In this document: piece after piece, positions 37,776-47,252 of the stretch
How positions within the stretch are numbered: position 1 is the first letter of the stretch
Layout of the letters: every line of letters begins with the position of its first letter
Translations under genes and position numbers: made by a program
Notes under the pieces: generated by a model
Databases searched by the model: none
Seen by the model: only the letters and a program-made list of their open reading frames with translations
What the model was told of the DNA's origin: nothing
Source of the DNA: Candidatus Thorarchaeota archaeon
Lineage (GTDB): Archaea > Asgardarchaeota > Thorarchaeia > Thorarchaeales > Thorarchaeaceae
Assembly: GCA_046482545.1 (NCBI GenBank)
Contig: JAWOEX010000022.1
Location: 53,817-117,816, forward strand
Length of the DNA: 64,000 nt
Direction: 5' to 3'

Positions 37776-38699
37776 TCACATCAACAATGCGAGAATCGCT
37801 TTCTGAGCGTGCAGTCGGTTTTCTGCTTGATCGAAAACAACAGAGTGTGGTCCATCCATTACCTCACTTGTGATTTCTTCCTCACGATGGGCTGGCAAGC
37901 AATGCATAACAATCACGTCTGGCTTAGCATGACTCACCAAATCCTTATTGATCTGGAATGGCATCAGTCTCTCTGTTTCTTCCTTCGTTCTATCCTCCCC
38001 CATGCTAAAGAAGGTATCAGTATAGATGATATCAGCGTCCTTTACCGCCTCAACAGGGTCATTGACAATCTTAAGATCTGTACCATGTTTCTCGCTGAGC
38101 TCCTCTGCTCGCTTCATTATCTCTTTTTCTGGGGTATGACCCTTGGGGGATCCGATGGTAACGTCCATTCCCATAATGGTACAGCCCTGCATGATGGAAT
38201 TACTGACGTTATTCGAATCGCCAACATACGTAATCTTCAACCCTTCCAGCTCGCCTTTGTTCTCTTCTATTGTGAACAAATCGGCAGTAATTTGGCATGG
38301 GTGAAGGAAGTCAGTCAGACCGTTTATCACGGGAACCGTGCTATGCTCGGCAAGTCCTGTAATCTCGCTGTGTGCGTATACACGGGCCATAATACCTTCA
38401 CAATATCTGCTCAGCACTTTTGCTGTATCACCAATTGTCTCCCCGCGTGCTAGCTGTGTTCCACTCTTGCCCAGATATAGGGCGTGGCCACCGAGCTGAG
38501 TCATGCCCACTTCGAACGAAGTGCGAGTGCGCGTACTTGACTTCATAAAAACCATCGCGAGACTAGATCCCTTAAGAATCGGATGGGGCTCTCCTTTCTT
38601 GAGCTTCTCTTTCAATTCATAGCTCTTGTCGAGTATTTTTCTAAGATCGTTTCGCTGCCAGTTGTACAAATCAACAAAATGTCTTCCTTTCAGACTCAC
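37776..38699 (-). CDS. argF: Ornithine carbamoyltransferase
   Basis: STRTR, HPCQ, FSMGED and HCLPAHR motifs. The SMG and HCLP motifs favour ornithine over aspartate carbamoyltransferase. Confidence 0.8.
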   Translation of the reverse strand: MSLKGRHFVDLYNWQRNDLRKILDKSYELKEKLKKGEPHPILKGSSLAMVFMKSSTRTRTSFEVGMTQLGGHALYLGKSGTQLARGETIGDTAKVLSRYCEGIMARVYAHSEITGLAEHSTVPVINGLTDFLHPCQITADLFTIEENKGELEGLKITYVGDSNNVSNSIMQGCTIMGMDVTIGSPKGHTPEKEIMKRAEELSEKHGTDLKIVNDPVEAVKDADIIYTDTFFSMGEDRTKEETERLMPFQINKDLVSHAKPDVIVMHCLPAHREEEITSEVMDGPHSVVFDQAENRLHAQKAILALLM

Positions 38700-38808
38700 G
38701 GTTATTCCCTCTAAACTAAATGCGTCTAACCGAAATGAATTCTCAAGAATAAATAAACATGTTCACATCGTCATTTTCTGTTCTCTTCATCAGAAAGATG
38801 AGTGTCTT

Positions 38809-39030
38809 GATAACCCGTTTCATACAGTTCAGCAAACTGCGTGAAACTTCTGTGTCCATCCTTCCTCTGCCAAGGTCGCCGATTTCAAGGCTATCCAATA
38901 CGCCCTTGAGTTAGCAGGGGCTTTGTCTGTGTTCGCTGGAATAGGATACCTCTTACAATCCGGGTTTCCTTCCACTGTCATCGGGAGTGTTGACCCGGGA
39001 TGACGATGGGGGAAGGTAGTGTCATTTGTT
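38809..39030 (+). repeat. GC-rich non-coding repeat element, copy C
   Basis: Head module GATAACCCGTTTCATACAGTTCAGCAAACTGCGTGAAACTTCTGTGTCCATCCTTCCTCTGCCAAG and block GCAGGGGCTTTGTCTGTGTTCGCTGGAATAGGA. The CCCGGG hairpin motif is present in inverted orientation (CGGGAGTGTTGACCCGGGATGA). Confidence 0.5.
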
Positions 39031-39967
39031 AACCTACAAGTCTCTCAGCAAACCATTCCGGATTGAATTTCCTGAGGTCTTTGTATCCCTGCCCAATACC
39101 GACATATACGATTGGTTTCCCGGTAATGTATGTAATGGATAATGCGGCACCCCCGGAGGGATCAGCATCAATCTTTGTTAGAATAGCTCCATCAATTCCG
39201 ATGGCCTTGTGGAACTCCTTAGCCTGGGATGCTGCATCATTTCCTGCAAGGGCATCACCCACAAAAAGTTTCAAATCTGGTTCTGAAACTCTTGCTATCT
39301 TTTTCATCTCTTCAAGCAGGTTCTTGTTGCTCTGCATTCGCCCCGCAGTATCTATCAATACCACATCAAGACCTTTTGCTTTGGCATGTGCAACGGCGTC
39401 ATATGCAATGGCTGCAGCGTCACTTCCATAATCCTGCTTTATCACTCTCACACCTAGTCGATCAGCATGCCGTTGGAGTTGTTCTATGCTGCCAGCACGA
39501 AATGTGTCGGCTGCTGCAATAACAACGGAGAAATCATAACCTTTGAAGACGTGAGCCATTTTTGCTAATGTTGTTGTTTTGCCTGTGCCATTCACACCAA
39601 CGAAAAGAATTGTTGTGCTTTCTCCCTGCTCCTTGCGTTCTTTTGCGAATTCTAAGATGTCCAATGGCTCCTCAGGTTCAAGTACTTCAAGAACAGAATC
39701 ATAAACCGCTTTCTGAAATAGCTTGGTAAGATTCTCGAGTCTTCCAGTTCTTTTGCCCAGTAATTTTTGTTTTGTTAACTCACATATACGTTCAGCAACT
39801 TCCACCGCAACATCATTCTGTATAAGTACTAGCTGCAATTCCCAAACCACATCAGAGAGATTCTCCTCATTCAGTTCTCTTGTGGTGGCCTTGGTAACTG
39901 CAGTATCAATTGCGCTGCGGAGATTGTCAAACAAACATCTATTCCTCCAGTTGCTGCATCTGAGCAA
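39029..39967 (-). CDS. ftsY: Signal recognition particle receptor FtsY
   Basis: SRP54-type GTPase with N-domain, GVNGTGKTTT, DTAGR and TKID motifs. Confidence 0.9.
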   Translation of the reverse strand: MLRCSNWRNRCLFDNLRSAIDTAVTKATTRELNEENLSDVVWELQLVLIQNDVAVEVAERICELTKQKLLGKRTGRLENLTKLFQKAVYDSVLEVLEPEEPLDILEFAKERKEQGESTTILFVGVNGTGKTTTLAKMAHVFKGYDFSVVIAAADTFRAGSIEQLQRHADRLGVRVIKQDYGSDAAAIAYDAVAHAKAKGLDVVLIDTAGRMQSNKNLLEEMKKIARVSEPDLKLFVGDALAGNDAASQAKEFHKAIGIDGAILTKIDADPSGGAALSITYITGKPIVYVGIGQGYKDLRKFNPEWFAERLVG

Positions 39968-40373
39968 CCAGTTGTCGAATCTGAACGTTGAGTGCCTCTG
40001 CCTGTGTGACTAGCTTCTCATATTGAGCGGATAGGGAACCAGCTCGCTCTTCCAATTGGGACAATGAATCTTCTACCGATGCCTTTGCTTCTTGGGCATC
40101 TTGCTCTATTCGAACACCGCTTCCGACATCACGTATTACAGTTTCAGCATCCAGCAAGCGAGCTCTTACAAATATGTTCCCTCCTATGTTCATCAACATA
40201 TCCTCGCCAGCATCCTTGTCTTCAATCTTCTTGAGGACTTCAAGACCCGCTCTGTAGTTCTGTAGATACGCCTGAAGCAGCTCTATACGCTCTTGTAGTG
40301 CATTGGCGTTCGACTCGGCCATTTGCTGTTGGGCATATAGCTGTTGCAGTTGTTCTTGCTTTTCTTGACTCAT
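39939..40373 (-). CDS. pfdA: Prefoldin alpha subunit
   Basis: Coiled coil / beta-hairpin / coiled coil architecture, 144 aa. It sits in the conserved position between rplX and ftsY. Confidence 0.75.
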   Translation of the reverse strand: MSQEKQEQLQQLYAQQQMAESNANALQERIELLQAYLQNYRAGLEVLKKIEDKDAGEDMLMNIGGNIFVRARLLDAETVIRDVGSGVRIEQDAQEAKASVEDSLSQLEERAGSLSAQYEKLVTQAEALNVQIRQLVAQMQQLEE

Positions 40374-40624
40374 TCGAATTCACTCTCGATTCCTAGTATC
40401 CTACGAATCTCCAGATCGGTGACTTCTTCAGATTCTATCTCTTCTATTTCCGCAAATTCGATGTTTCTTCTTTTCACCCTGTGTCGGCTACCCACCTCGG
40501 AGAGAATTTTCTCCTCTACGTGAGACGGTTTTGGGGCTATCACTTCTTTCTCAAAGCGAAATGTCCTGCCTTTCTTGTTGTATTTTCCTTTTGCACGCCA
40601 AATTTTCGGACTCATTAGAATCAC
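40370..40624 (-). CDS. rplX: Ribosomal protein LX (L18Ae family)
   Basis: …AKGKY…F.KE…GSRHRVKRRNIEF pattern. It follows eIF6 in the conserved cluster. Confidence 0.6.
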   Translation of the reverse strand: MILMSPKIWRAKGKYNKKGRTFRFEKEVIAPKPSHVEEKILSEVGSRHRVKRRNIEFAEIEEIESEEVTDLEIRRILGIESEFE

Positions 40625-40635
40625 CTTGTTCTATG

Positions 40636-41301
40636 CTATACGAAACCTAATACCTGACTCAAATGAGCCAGTTCGACACCAGTTGTATCAGAGCCTGTAA
40701 TCATGCCGTCAGAGTTAGCTACTACACCTAGACTGGTATAAGGGCTCCCTCTGTTTACCGTCGCTACTTCAACATGCACTTTTAATATCTCGGATATTTG
40801 CTGAATCTCTGATTCTGTGGCCAGCGGGTGTGTCACCGCCCCAACATTCGTTGCGGTAGTGGTAGCTCCAACTATGGGAAGACCAGCAGTTTTTCCTGCT
40901 ACTACTTCCACATCCAGCACATCTTCCATTCTTTTTCTTGTTGAATCATGAAACTGAGGGTGACAAAGTGCACCCTTGTCATTACAGAGAATGACATTAC
41001 CCAAAGCTGTAATCTTGCTGTCAATCCATTCCACAGGAAGGTCTGTAGCCTCTCTGATTGTCTGCATCTCTTCGTCTGTAATAGTATAGGGAACCAGAAT
41101 ACCAGACGAATTCGCAGCTGTTACGAGCCCAACAGCGTCAATCGTGGCTACAGTTGACTGAATTAGTGGTAAGTTGAAAATACGCTCAATGGCATCCATT
41201 GACTTGGGCGACATATTTGGTGATGTGAAGACCATTCTGTCTGTGCTTATTCCAAAAGCACCGACGTTAGGATCGCCCTCAAAATTTAGCCGGGCGATCA
41301 T
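40636..41301 (-). CDS. eif6: Translation initiation factor 6
   Basis: Pentameric eIF6 repeats with five G-rich segments. 221 aa. Confidence 0.85.
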   Translation of the reverse strand: MIARLNFEGDPNVGAFGISTDRMVFTSPNMSPKSMDAIERIFNLPLIQSTVATIDAVGLVTAANSSGILVPYTITDEEMQTIREATDLPVEWIDSKITALGNVILCNDKGALCHPQFHDSTRKRMEDVLDVEVVAGKTAGLPIVGATTTATNVGAVTHPLATESEIQQISEILKVHVEVATVNRGSPYTSLGVVANSDGMITGSDTTGVELAHLSQVLGFV

Positions 41302-41307
41302 CTTGGA

Positions 41308-41814
41308 CTACCCCTCTGCAAGATACACTCGAACAAGATTCTCCGCATCTTTCGTTGCTCTAATTCTGACTTTTCTAGGCGGTTTCTCAATCCCACGAGA
41401 CCAAATCTTCTGGTTCACTTCTTGTTCAATGAGCAGGAATTCAGGCTTCATGTGCCGTTCAACAAACTGTTTGACTTCCTTGACTGCTCTATTTGCTCTC
41501 TTTCGTTTGCTACCGCTCCAGTACACTTTCCGCAAGGGAACAGTATAGATTCGCTCATCAATGATTTCTTCTTCCGGAAGTACTTCTTCCGTTGGTTCGA
41601 GCTCTTCTTCTATCTCGCCCTCAATCTCTTCAACTGGGGCCTCAATATCTTCGAGCCCTTTAATCTCGTCGAGGTCACCCATCTCTTCGTCTTCTAGGTC
41701 AAGACCTTCGATTTCTTCTAGCTCTTCATCTTCCAGCTCTTCTAATTCTTCTGCTTGGTCAGTTTCAGGTTCTTCTGGAACTTCATCTCCTGAAGTCTCT
41801 TCCGGTGGACTCAA
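41308..41814 (-). CDS. rpl31e: Ribosomal protein L31e with an acidic N-terminal extension
   Basis: C-terminal core IYTVPLRKVYWSGSKRKRANRAVKEVKQFVERHMK. The N-terminal ~85 aa are D/E-rich. Confidence 0.8.
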   Translation of the reverse strand: MSPPEETSGDEVPEEPETDQAEELEELEDEELEEIEGLDLEDEEMGDLDEIKGLEDIEAPVEEIEGEIEEELEPTEEVLPEEEIIDERIYTVPLRKVYWSGSKRKRANRAVKEVKQFVERHMKPEFLLIEQEVNQKIWSRGIEKPPRKVRIRATKDAENLVRVYLAEG

Positions 41815-41829
41815 TATCTACAACTCCTG

Positions 41830-41985
41830 TTACGGTTTCAGTTTAGTCCGTCGCCAATTCCGTTGAGCGGGTGTCCTTCGCACTTTTCCGTCCGTCTTAA
41901 GGACTACCCACGTAGGAACTGAGCTATTGGACTTCATTGCTTTTGCCATTCTCAGTTTCTTTCCAAGCGGTTTGTTTCTCGCCAT
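41830..41985 (-). CDS. rpl39e: Ribosomal protein L39e
   Basis: 51-aa [54 protein letters not shown]. It is in the canonical position upstream of rpl31e and was absent from the >=60-aa ORF track. Confidence 0.7.
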   Translation of the reverse strand: MARNKPLGKKLRMAKAMKSNSSVPTWVVLKTDGKVRRTPAQRNWRRTKLKP

Positions 41986-42008
41986 TCTGAAGCACCTTGA
42001 TTATCATT

Positions 42009-42347
42009 TTATCTGAATTTGATTTTTCTCTCTCTTCCCTTGCCTTGGAGCTGTTTGAGAAGTGATTTGAGCTTCTCGTCGTCGATTCTGCCTTTCAGAC
42101 GACCTGAGCTCGCAATCTGAATCAACTGCATTTCAATCTGCTCTGCAAATTGAGGCTTGACCAGTTTGATATTGGAGAGTCGTTCTCTTGCTTTCGGAGT
42201 GAGAATCTGTCTTAGGATTGCTTGTTTCTTTGCTTCAGCTTCAGCCATCTGTTCTTCGCGTGCCTGATCCTGTGCAGCTCGCTCCTTTAGAGCATTGAGT
42301 TTTTTCTGCCTAATTTCCTCAAGCTCATCATCACTCATTGTTTTCAC
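42009..42347 (-). CDS. PDCD5/TFAR19-like double-stranded DNA-binding protein
   Basis: dsDNA_bind (PF01984)-like helical protein. It sits in the conserved position between rps19e and rpl39e. Confidence 0.7.
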   Translation of the reverse strand: MKTMSDDELEEIRQKKLNALKERAAQDQAREEQMAEAEAKKQAILRQILTPKARERLSNIKLVKPQFAEQIEMQLIQIASSGRLKGRIDDEKLKSLLKQLQGKGRERKIKFR

Positions 42348-42369
42348 CTTATATATGATTCATAAAAGA

Positions 42370-42852
42370 TTAGTAGTTCTCTAGTTCTGGAATTGCCTTT
42401 TCCAATTCCTTCTTCATGACCGACGATAGTTTGTCCAAGTAAGAATGACCCATACTGGTCACTACTCGTCCTTCTCCTTTCTTCGTCTTAATGAAACCTG
42501 CTTCCTCAAGCTGCTGGAGCACATTCCTAATGATTGAACCACTACCTTTCCTGAACTTGTTAGGTCTGCTGCCATTTCTTTTCTTCCCGCCAAAGTGGAT
42601 TCTTAGTTTTTCCGTGCCTATAGGCCCTTCAAGGTAGACTTTCCGCAGTACAGCCGCACATCGCGTATACCACCAATCTGAGTCATCTGGAGCTCTCTCC
42701 TTGTGTACCCCTGTCTTGACATAGTATGACCAATCAGGAGGGGCAATCTCATCTTTGGACTTAAGTTCCTCAGATAGTCTGTCTATGAGGACATTGGCGG
42801 GAATATCGTATACTGTAGGCATTTTTCTTTCTCCATTTGATTTGAGGGGCAC
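42370..42852 (-). CDS. rps19e: Ribosomal protein S19e
   Basis: S19e pattern (…DWWYTRCAAVLRKVYL…GSRPNKFRKGSGSIIRNVLQQLE). Confidence 0.85.
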   Translation of the reverse strand: MPLKSNGERKMPTVYDIPANVLIDRLSEELKSKDEIAPPDWSYYVKTGVHKERAPDDSDWWYTRCAAVLRKVYLEGPIGTEKLRIHFGGKKRNGSRPNKFRKGSGSIIRNVLQQLEEAGFIKTKKGEGRVVTSMGHSYLDKLSSVMKKELEKAIPELENY

Positions 42853-42923
42853 CGCATCCTAGCTGGGACGATGGGCTAACTCAAAAGCCTGAAATCGCAA
42901 CCCTAGAGTGCAAATAAAAGCTT

Positions 42924-43211
42924 TTACTTTCGACTCTTGTACAACAGGGCTGTATGACCTCTCGTACCTACGAGAGTAGCGCCAGTGCGTTCACAAAGGC
43001 CCTTGAGCATTTCTTTTTGAGATTCGACCTGTGCACGTGCACTCCGGAGCAACCGCAGCTTGACGTATTCGTGGCTCTTCAGCAACCTCTTTGCTTCCTT
43101 TACAACTCCTTCTGATAGGCCTGATTTTCCTATCTGAAGTAAGGCTGGTTCTTGCCAAGCCAAGCCAATTGAATACTCGTCCGGTGCCTTCTGGTTGTTC
43201 ATTACCATCAT
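42924..43211 (-). CDS. CRS1/YhbY (CRM-domain) RNA-binding protein
   Basis: LQIGKSGLSEGVVKE…HEYVKLRLL matches the YhbY family pattern. Confidence 0.65.
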   Translation of the reverse strand: MMVMNNQKAPDEYSIGLAWQEPALLQIGKSGLSEGVVKEAKRLLKSHEYVKLRLLRSARAQVESQKEMLKGLCERTGATLVGTRGHTALLYKSRK

Positions 43212-43235
43212 ATAATCAGGCTTCCTGTGCCCTGA

Positions 43236-43577
43236 TTAAGGTTGGTTTGTGACCGGAACGCGTCTGATACACCCACAATGCAAACAGGTCACCGTTAGAT
43301 GCGTGCTACGATTACTTCTCATGCGAAAACGTACATTTCTGCCAGGAATCAAGACTGAATTACATTCCTTACAGATTCGTCTCGTAATTTCTTTTGGGAG
43401 ACTTATTCTTGCCTTTTGCGCGATTCTCTTAATCGTCCTAATGTACTCCCTTGCCACTCTGGGGCTCTCCGTTGCTATCTCCTTAGCCTGCTTCCAAAGA
43501 ATTTGAATTCTGGCCTTCGCAAGCCGTCTCAACTGACCCCTAGATATTCGCCTTCCCATGAATATCTCACAATCCAC
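43236..43577 (-). CDS. rnp4: Ribonuclease P protein component 4 (Rpp21/Rpr2)
   Basis: N-terminal helical region and a C-terminal zinc ribbon CKEC…CLHCG. Start may be the internal Met at 43559. Confidence 0.75.
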   Translation of the reverse strand: MDCEIFMGRRISRGQLRRLAKARIQILWKQAKEIATESPRVAREYIRTIKRIAQKARISLPKEITRRICKECNSVLIPGRNVRFRMRSNRSTHLTVTCLHCGCIRRVPVTNQP

Positions 43578-43636
43578 GTAGCAGATGCTTTGGTATCGCT
43601 TAAAACGTTCGTAATGTATACTATGCTAGAAAGACA

Positions 43637-44353
43637 ATGCTTCACCTGATACTGTTGGAGAGTGCGATCGAACTCGTTCCAAGTAGACTCACAGCACTGA
43701 AGGATGTTCAAAGCTATGCTGGAAAGAGAGGGAAGAAACCAGATGAGGTTCTGCTTGATCAGAGCTATCATGGACGAGTCATGACCAGATTACCAAACCA
43801 CGAAAAACGGGGGCGGCCGGATATCACTTTTCTCACTCTTCTTTCAGTACTTGAAACACCTCTATGCAAGGAGGGGCTTCTCTCAGTGCATATCCATCTA
43901 CAGGATGGGCGAGTCATAGAGGTGGATCCCAGTGTTCGTTTACCACGTAACTATGACCGATTCATTGGATTGATGGAGCAGCTACTGGTCAAGGGACAGG
44001 TTCCTCCAAAGGGTGATCCCTTGCTGAAAATCACACGTTCCAGCATTGAAGAAATTCTCCGTGATTTTAGAGGCGATGGCTCCATTTCAATCGTGGCGGA
44101 GGAAGGCGGTGAGCAGATGACCTCTGAAAGATTGAAAGCAATGATTCCAGAAAACCCGCCCAAATCGGTGATATTCGGCGTTGGGGCATTCCCTCATGGT
44201 GACCTGACTGAAGAAATACTACAATTGTTTGACACCAGGATTAGCCTAGATACCGATGTCATGATGGCGTGGCATGTATGTTCAATGATGCTGTGGTTCT
44301 ACAGTCAAAGAATCGGGTTGGCACAACGGCGCTTGGAGTCCCCCTCGGTTTGA
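43637..44353 (+). CDS. nep1: Ribosomal RNA small-subunit methyltransferase Nep1 (Emg1, SPOUT)
   Basis: N-terminus MLHLILLESAIELVP… and a SPOUT-fold C-terminal region. 238 aa. Confidence 0.75.
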   Translation: MLHLILLESAIELVPSRLTALKDVQSYAGKRGKKPDEVLLDQSYHGRVMTRLPNHEKRGRPDITFLTLLSVLETPLCKEGLLSVHIHLQDGRVIEVDPSVRLPRNYDRFIGLMEQLLVKGQVPPKGDPLLKITRSSIEEILRDFRGDGSISIVAEEGGEQMTSERLKAMIPENPPKSVIFGVGAFPHGDLTEEILQLFDTRISLDTDVMMAWHVCSMMLWFYSQRIGLAQRRLESPSV

Positions 44354-44475
44354 ATCTACTCTACTGATAGTAAACCACGCGGCTTCGAATTCTGTCGAAG
44401 CACTGCAGTACATACTCGGGATGCTTATAACCCCCTGCTAGGCTTATCTTTTCTACTAGGGAGACCTGAATCAAA

Positions 44476-45339
44476 TTGTGCCAGTGGTGCTTCAAACACG
44501 GCGCGGGAAAAAAGTGGTACCTCAACGCCGCGAACTACTCTGAGAAACTGGGCGAACAAATGAAGCCCTACCTCGAAGAGCAATGGAAATACATGGAACA
44601 GCTATTCATTCGCAAGATTATGGGTTTCAATTCAGTTGGACTTGGATACAAGATGCAGATGCCCATAATTGGTCGGATTGTGCGAGCAGCAGCAGAGCGG
44701 CAGATTCACAATGAATCACATGACCGGAACCCTATTCGTGGTGACGGCCACTTCGGACAAGTTATTCCTCTGGAAGATGCACAACACATTCTGGGAAACT
44801 TGGCTGCGCCGACAATCATCAAGAACTACTGTGTCTGTCGGTATATGCAGCGAGGGGTAAAAGATGCTGTGTGCATCAATTTTGGTTCCTTGAGTGAGAT
44901 TATACCAAAGCTTGATAGATATATTCCGGTTGATGAGAAGTGGCAACTTGATCGTGAGGAAGCCATCCAGGCCCTTGAAGAGCAAAACAAGAAAGGCTAT
45001 GTAGCATCAGTCTGGTTCCAGCCAGTACCCTACATCAATGCAATTTGCTCTTGTGAGACTCCTGAATGTGGTGGATTACGTCTACGAAATGACTTTGGCC
45101 TCAATGCAGTCTACAAGGCCGAGTACGTCATCAGTATCGATCCAGACTTGTGTGAAGGCTGCGGTCAATGTGTCAAGATGTGCCAGTTCAATGCTCTAAG
45201 ATATCTACCCTCAATAGACCGAGTCATAGTTGATTTGGATAAGTGCTTTGGCTGTGGAGTATGCAGACACGCCTGTAACTTTGATGCCCTGAAGCTGGTG
45301 CCCAGAGAAGAGGTACCCGGCCAAGCAGGAAACTACTGA
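44476..45339 (+). CDS. Iron-sulfur protein with two C-terminal 4Fe-4S ferredoxin motifs
   Basis: CEGCGQCVKMC and CFGCGVCRHAC clusters, plus an N-terminal Cys-rich region. Function unknown. Confidence 0.55.
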   Translation: MCQWCFKHGAGKKWYLNAANYSEKLGEQMKPYLEEQWKYMEQLFIRKIMGFNSVGLGYKMQMPIIGRIVRAAAERQIHNESHDRNPIRGDGHFGQVIPLEDAQHILGNLAAPTIIKNYCVCRYMQRGVKDAVCINFGSLSEIIPKLDRYIPVDEKWQLDREEAIQALEEQNKKGYVASVWFQPVPYINAICSCETPECGGLRLRNDFGLNAVYKAEYVISIDPDLCEGCGQCVKMCQFNALRYLPSIDRVIVDLDKCFGCGVCRHACNFDALKLVPREEVPGQAGNY

Positions 45340-45352
45340 AGGGGGAAAGAAA

Positions 45353-45643
45353 ATGCCGAAAACAGAAATCACGATTGACTACAACAAATGTGGCTACGAA
45401 GAAGGGGTCAATGTTGACCCACGGGAATGCAGGAAGTGTCTGCGAATATGTGACCCAGCAGTATTCTTGATGCACCCTACACTTGAAAAGCATCCCGATC
45501 CCTATAATCCAGAGCGATGGAAGATTACCCCTGTCTGGCCTTCACTATGCATGGGTTGTATGAAATGTGTTGAAGTTTGCCCCGAGAATGCAATCACCGT
45601 CAAACCAGGCGAATCGCTTCACATGATGAGGCAAGAATATTAG
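45353..45643 (+). CDS. Small ferredoxin-like Cys-rich protein
   Basis: 96 aa with CRKCLRIC and CMGCMKCVEVCP motifs. Confidence 0.5.
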   Translation: MPKTEITIDYNKCGYEEGVNVDPRECRKCLRICDPAVFLMHPTLEKHPDPYNPERWKITPVWPSLCMGCMKCVEVCPENAITVKPGESLHMMRQEY

Positions 45644-46629
45644 AATGTTGTAATTGGTCTGCTTTGCACCACAGCTAAGTTGCTATCTTTAAGACACCAC
45701 TCAATATCTTGAGCTCTTCCAAAACACCGCTCAATCTGAAGTCCTACTTGAGCAATATTCCTTATTTCCCTATCAGTCAGTGAATGTGCTTCCTTCTTTG
45801 TTTGGGGTGTTTCAATAACCTTGGTATATCCACCAGAGTCAGAAATGCCGGGAACACTCATCCTTTTTTTGGAGCCGAGCCTTCGCTCCATTACTTCCAG
45901 ATTCTCTTTTCCAACTACATACGTGTCAGGGACAACTTGCCCTGAAACCAGAGTTTCACCAAGCCCCCACGTAGCGTTCAGTACAAGCTGGTCAGTGTTC
46001 TTAGACACCACGTTTACCGTGAACATCACGCCTGATACTTCGGCGGGAATCACTTCTTGAATTATTGTAGCCATTTTTGCTTTAGACAGAGGTACACTAT
46101 TGTCGCGCAGATAGAACACAGCTTGTGGTGTGAAAGCTGATGCCCAAACCCCCTTGATGCATTTCAGAACATCAACCTGATTTGACACACAGAGAAAGCT
46201 TCGGGCTTGACCTGCAAAAGAAAAATCATTTCTATCTTCGACAGTTGCGGAAGACCGAACAGCAAAGCTTGGATTTTCTAGCTCGGAATTTTTTTGCAAA
46301 TCCGCATATGTATCGAGAATCATGGAGCGGGTCTGCTTTGGAATCTCCATATTCTCAACGATTCTCTGTAGCCTAGAAGTATGGGCCAGTATATCATTAA
46401 GATCCTTTGAATTGTTGATGGCTTTGATTATTTGTTTGACCTTTGGATTTGAGCTGACTGCGTCAGTGAACACCTCACATGAAACCGAAAACCCTCGAGG
46501 CACATTCACCCCGATTTCATGAAGACGAGCGAGATTTGTGGCCTTCCCTCCATGCATCTGGATATCGGAACCGGAAATTCTGCTGATGGGCGTAATCCCC
46601 CCGATTTCTCGTCTACGGTTGTTTTCCAT
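45640..46629 (-). CDS. PEP/pyruvate-binding (PPDK_N-type ATP-grasp) domain protein
   Basis: Motifs from the N-terminal domain of PEP synthase/PPDK (…GGKATNLARL…, VRSSATVEDRNDFSFAGQ). It is a stand-alone domain. Confidence 0.7.
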   Translation of the reverse strand: MENNRRREIGGITPISRISGSDIQMHGGKATNLARLHEIGVNVPRGFSVSCEVFTDAVSSNPKVKQIIKAINNSKDLNDILAHTSRLQRIVENMEIPKQTRSMILDTYADLQKNSELENPSFAVRSSATVEDRNDFSFAGQARSFLCVSNQVDVLKCIKGVWASAFTPQAVFYLRDNSVPLSKAKMATIIQEVIPAEVSGVMFTVNVVSKNTDQLVLNATWGLGETLVSGQVVPDTYVVGKENLEVMERRLGSKKRMSVPGISDSGGYTKVIETPQTKKEAHSLTDREIRNIAQVGLQIERCFGRAQDIEWCLKDSNLAVVQSRPITTF

Positions 46630-46683
46630 AATTTCCTACAACTCTTTCCGGTCTGGTATTGATGTCCCAGTGAACAACTCCGA

Positions 46684-47043
46684 TTAATCCAGCGACATTA
46701 ATGTACCAGATGTGCCGCCATCTGGTTGAATTAGTACACGTGATTTATCTAACGTCTCAGGATTTTCCAGTTCAAGTCCCATCAGTGCAGGTATGTCAAA
46801 CTCTCTCGTCACTATGGCGAGGTGGGAACCAAGACCTCCTGATGTGCATACAACTCCACCAAGCTTGGAAAGTACAGGTGATAGCGTCGTTGTTCCAGCA
46901 TCATCGACAAGAGCAATTTTGCCTTCCGCCCCTTCTTTCCAGAGTTCTACAACTTCTTGTACGGACGTAATGTATCGTATCTCGCCTTCGGCTCGAACTT
47001 CAAGTGATATCTGGCCTTTTCCGATTTCTTTCACTGTTAGCAC
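46684..47043 (-). CDS. PEP-utilizing enzyme mobile (phosphohistidine) domain protein
   Basis: GGLGSHLAIVTREFDIPALMG phosphohistidine-domain signature in a stand-alone 119-aa protein. Confidence 0.7.
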   Translation of the reverse strand: MLTVKEIGKGQISLEVRAEGEIRYITSVQEVVELWKEGAEGKIALVDDAGTTTLSPVLSKLGGVVCTSGGLGSHLAIVTREFDIPALMGLELENPETLDKSRVLIQPDGGTSGTLMSLD

Positions 47044-47252
47044 ACCATCCTGAGTATCGGCTTTCCGATTTTCGGTTGCTATTCACTAAAAAGAGTGATG
47101 ACCGAAAATGGGGCTATTCTCGCTCAAACACTAAGACCGAAGGTGAAATAGAATCTTGACGAAGCACTAGAAAACATCCCGTATAACGTTTAATAGCTCG
47201 GAAAGACCGCCCTAGAATCCTGTATACGCTCTTCCCTACAAGGTGAAAGATA

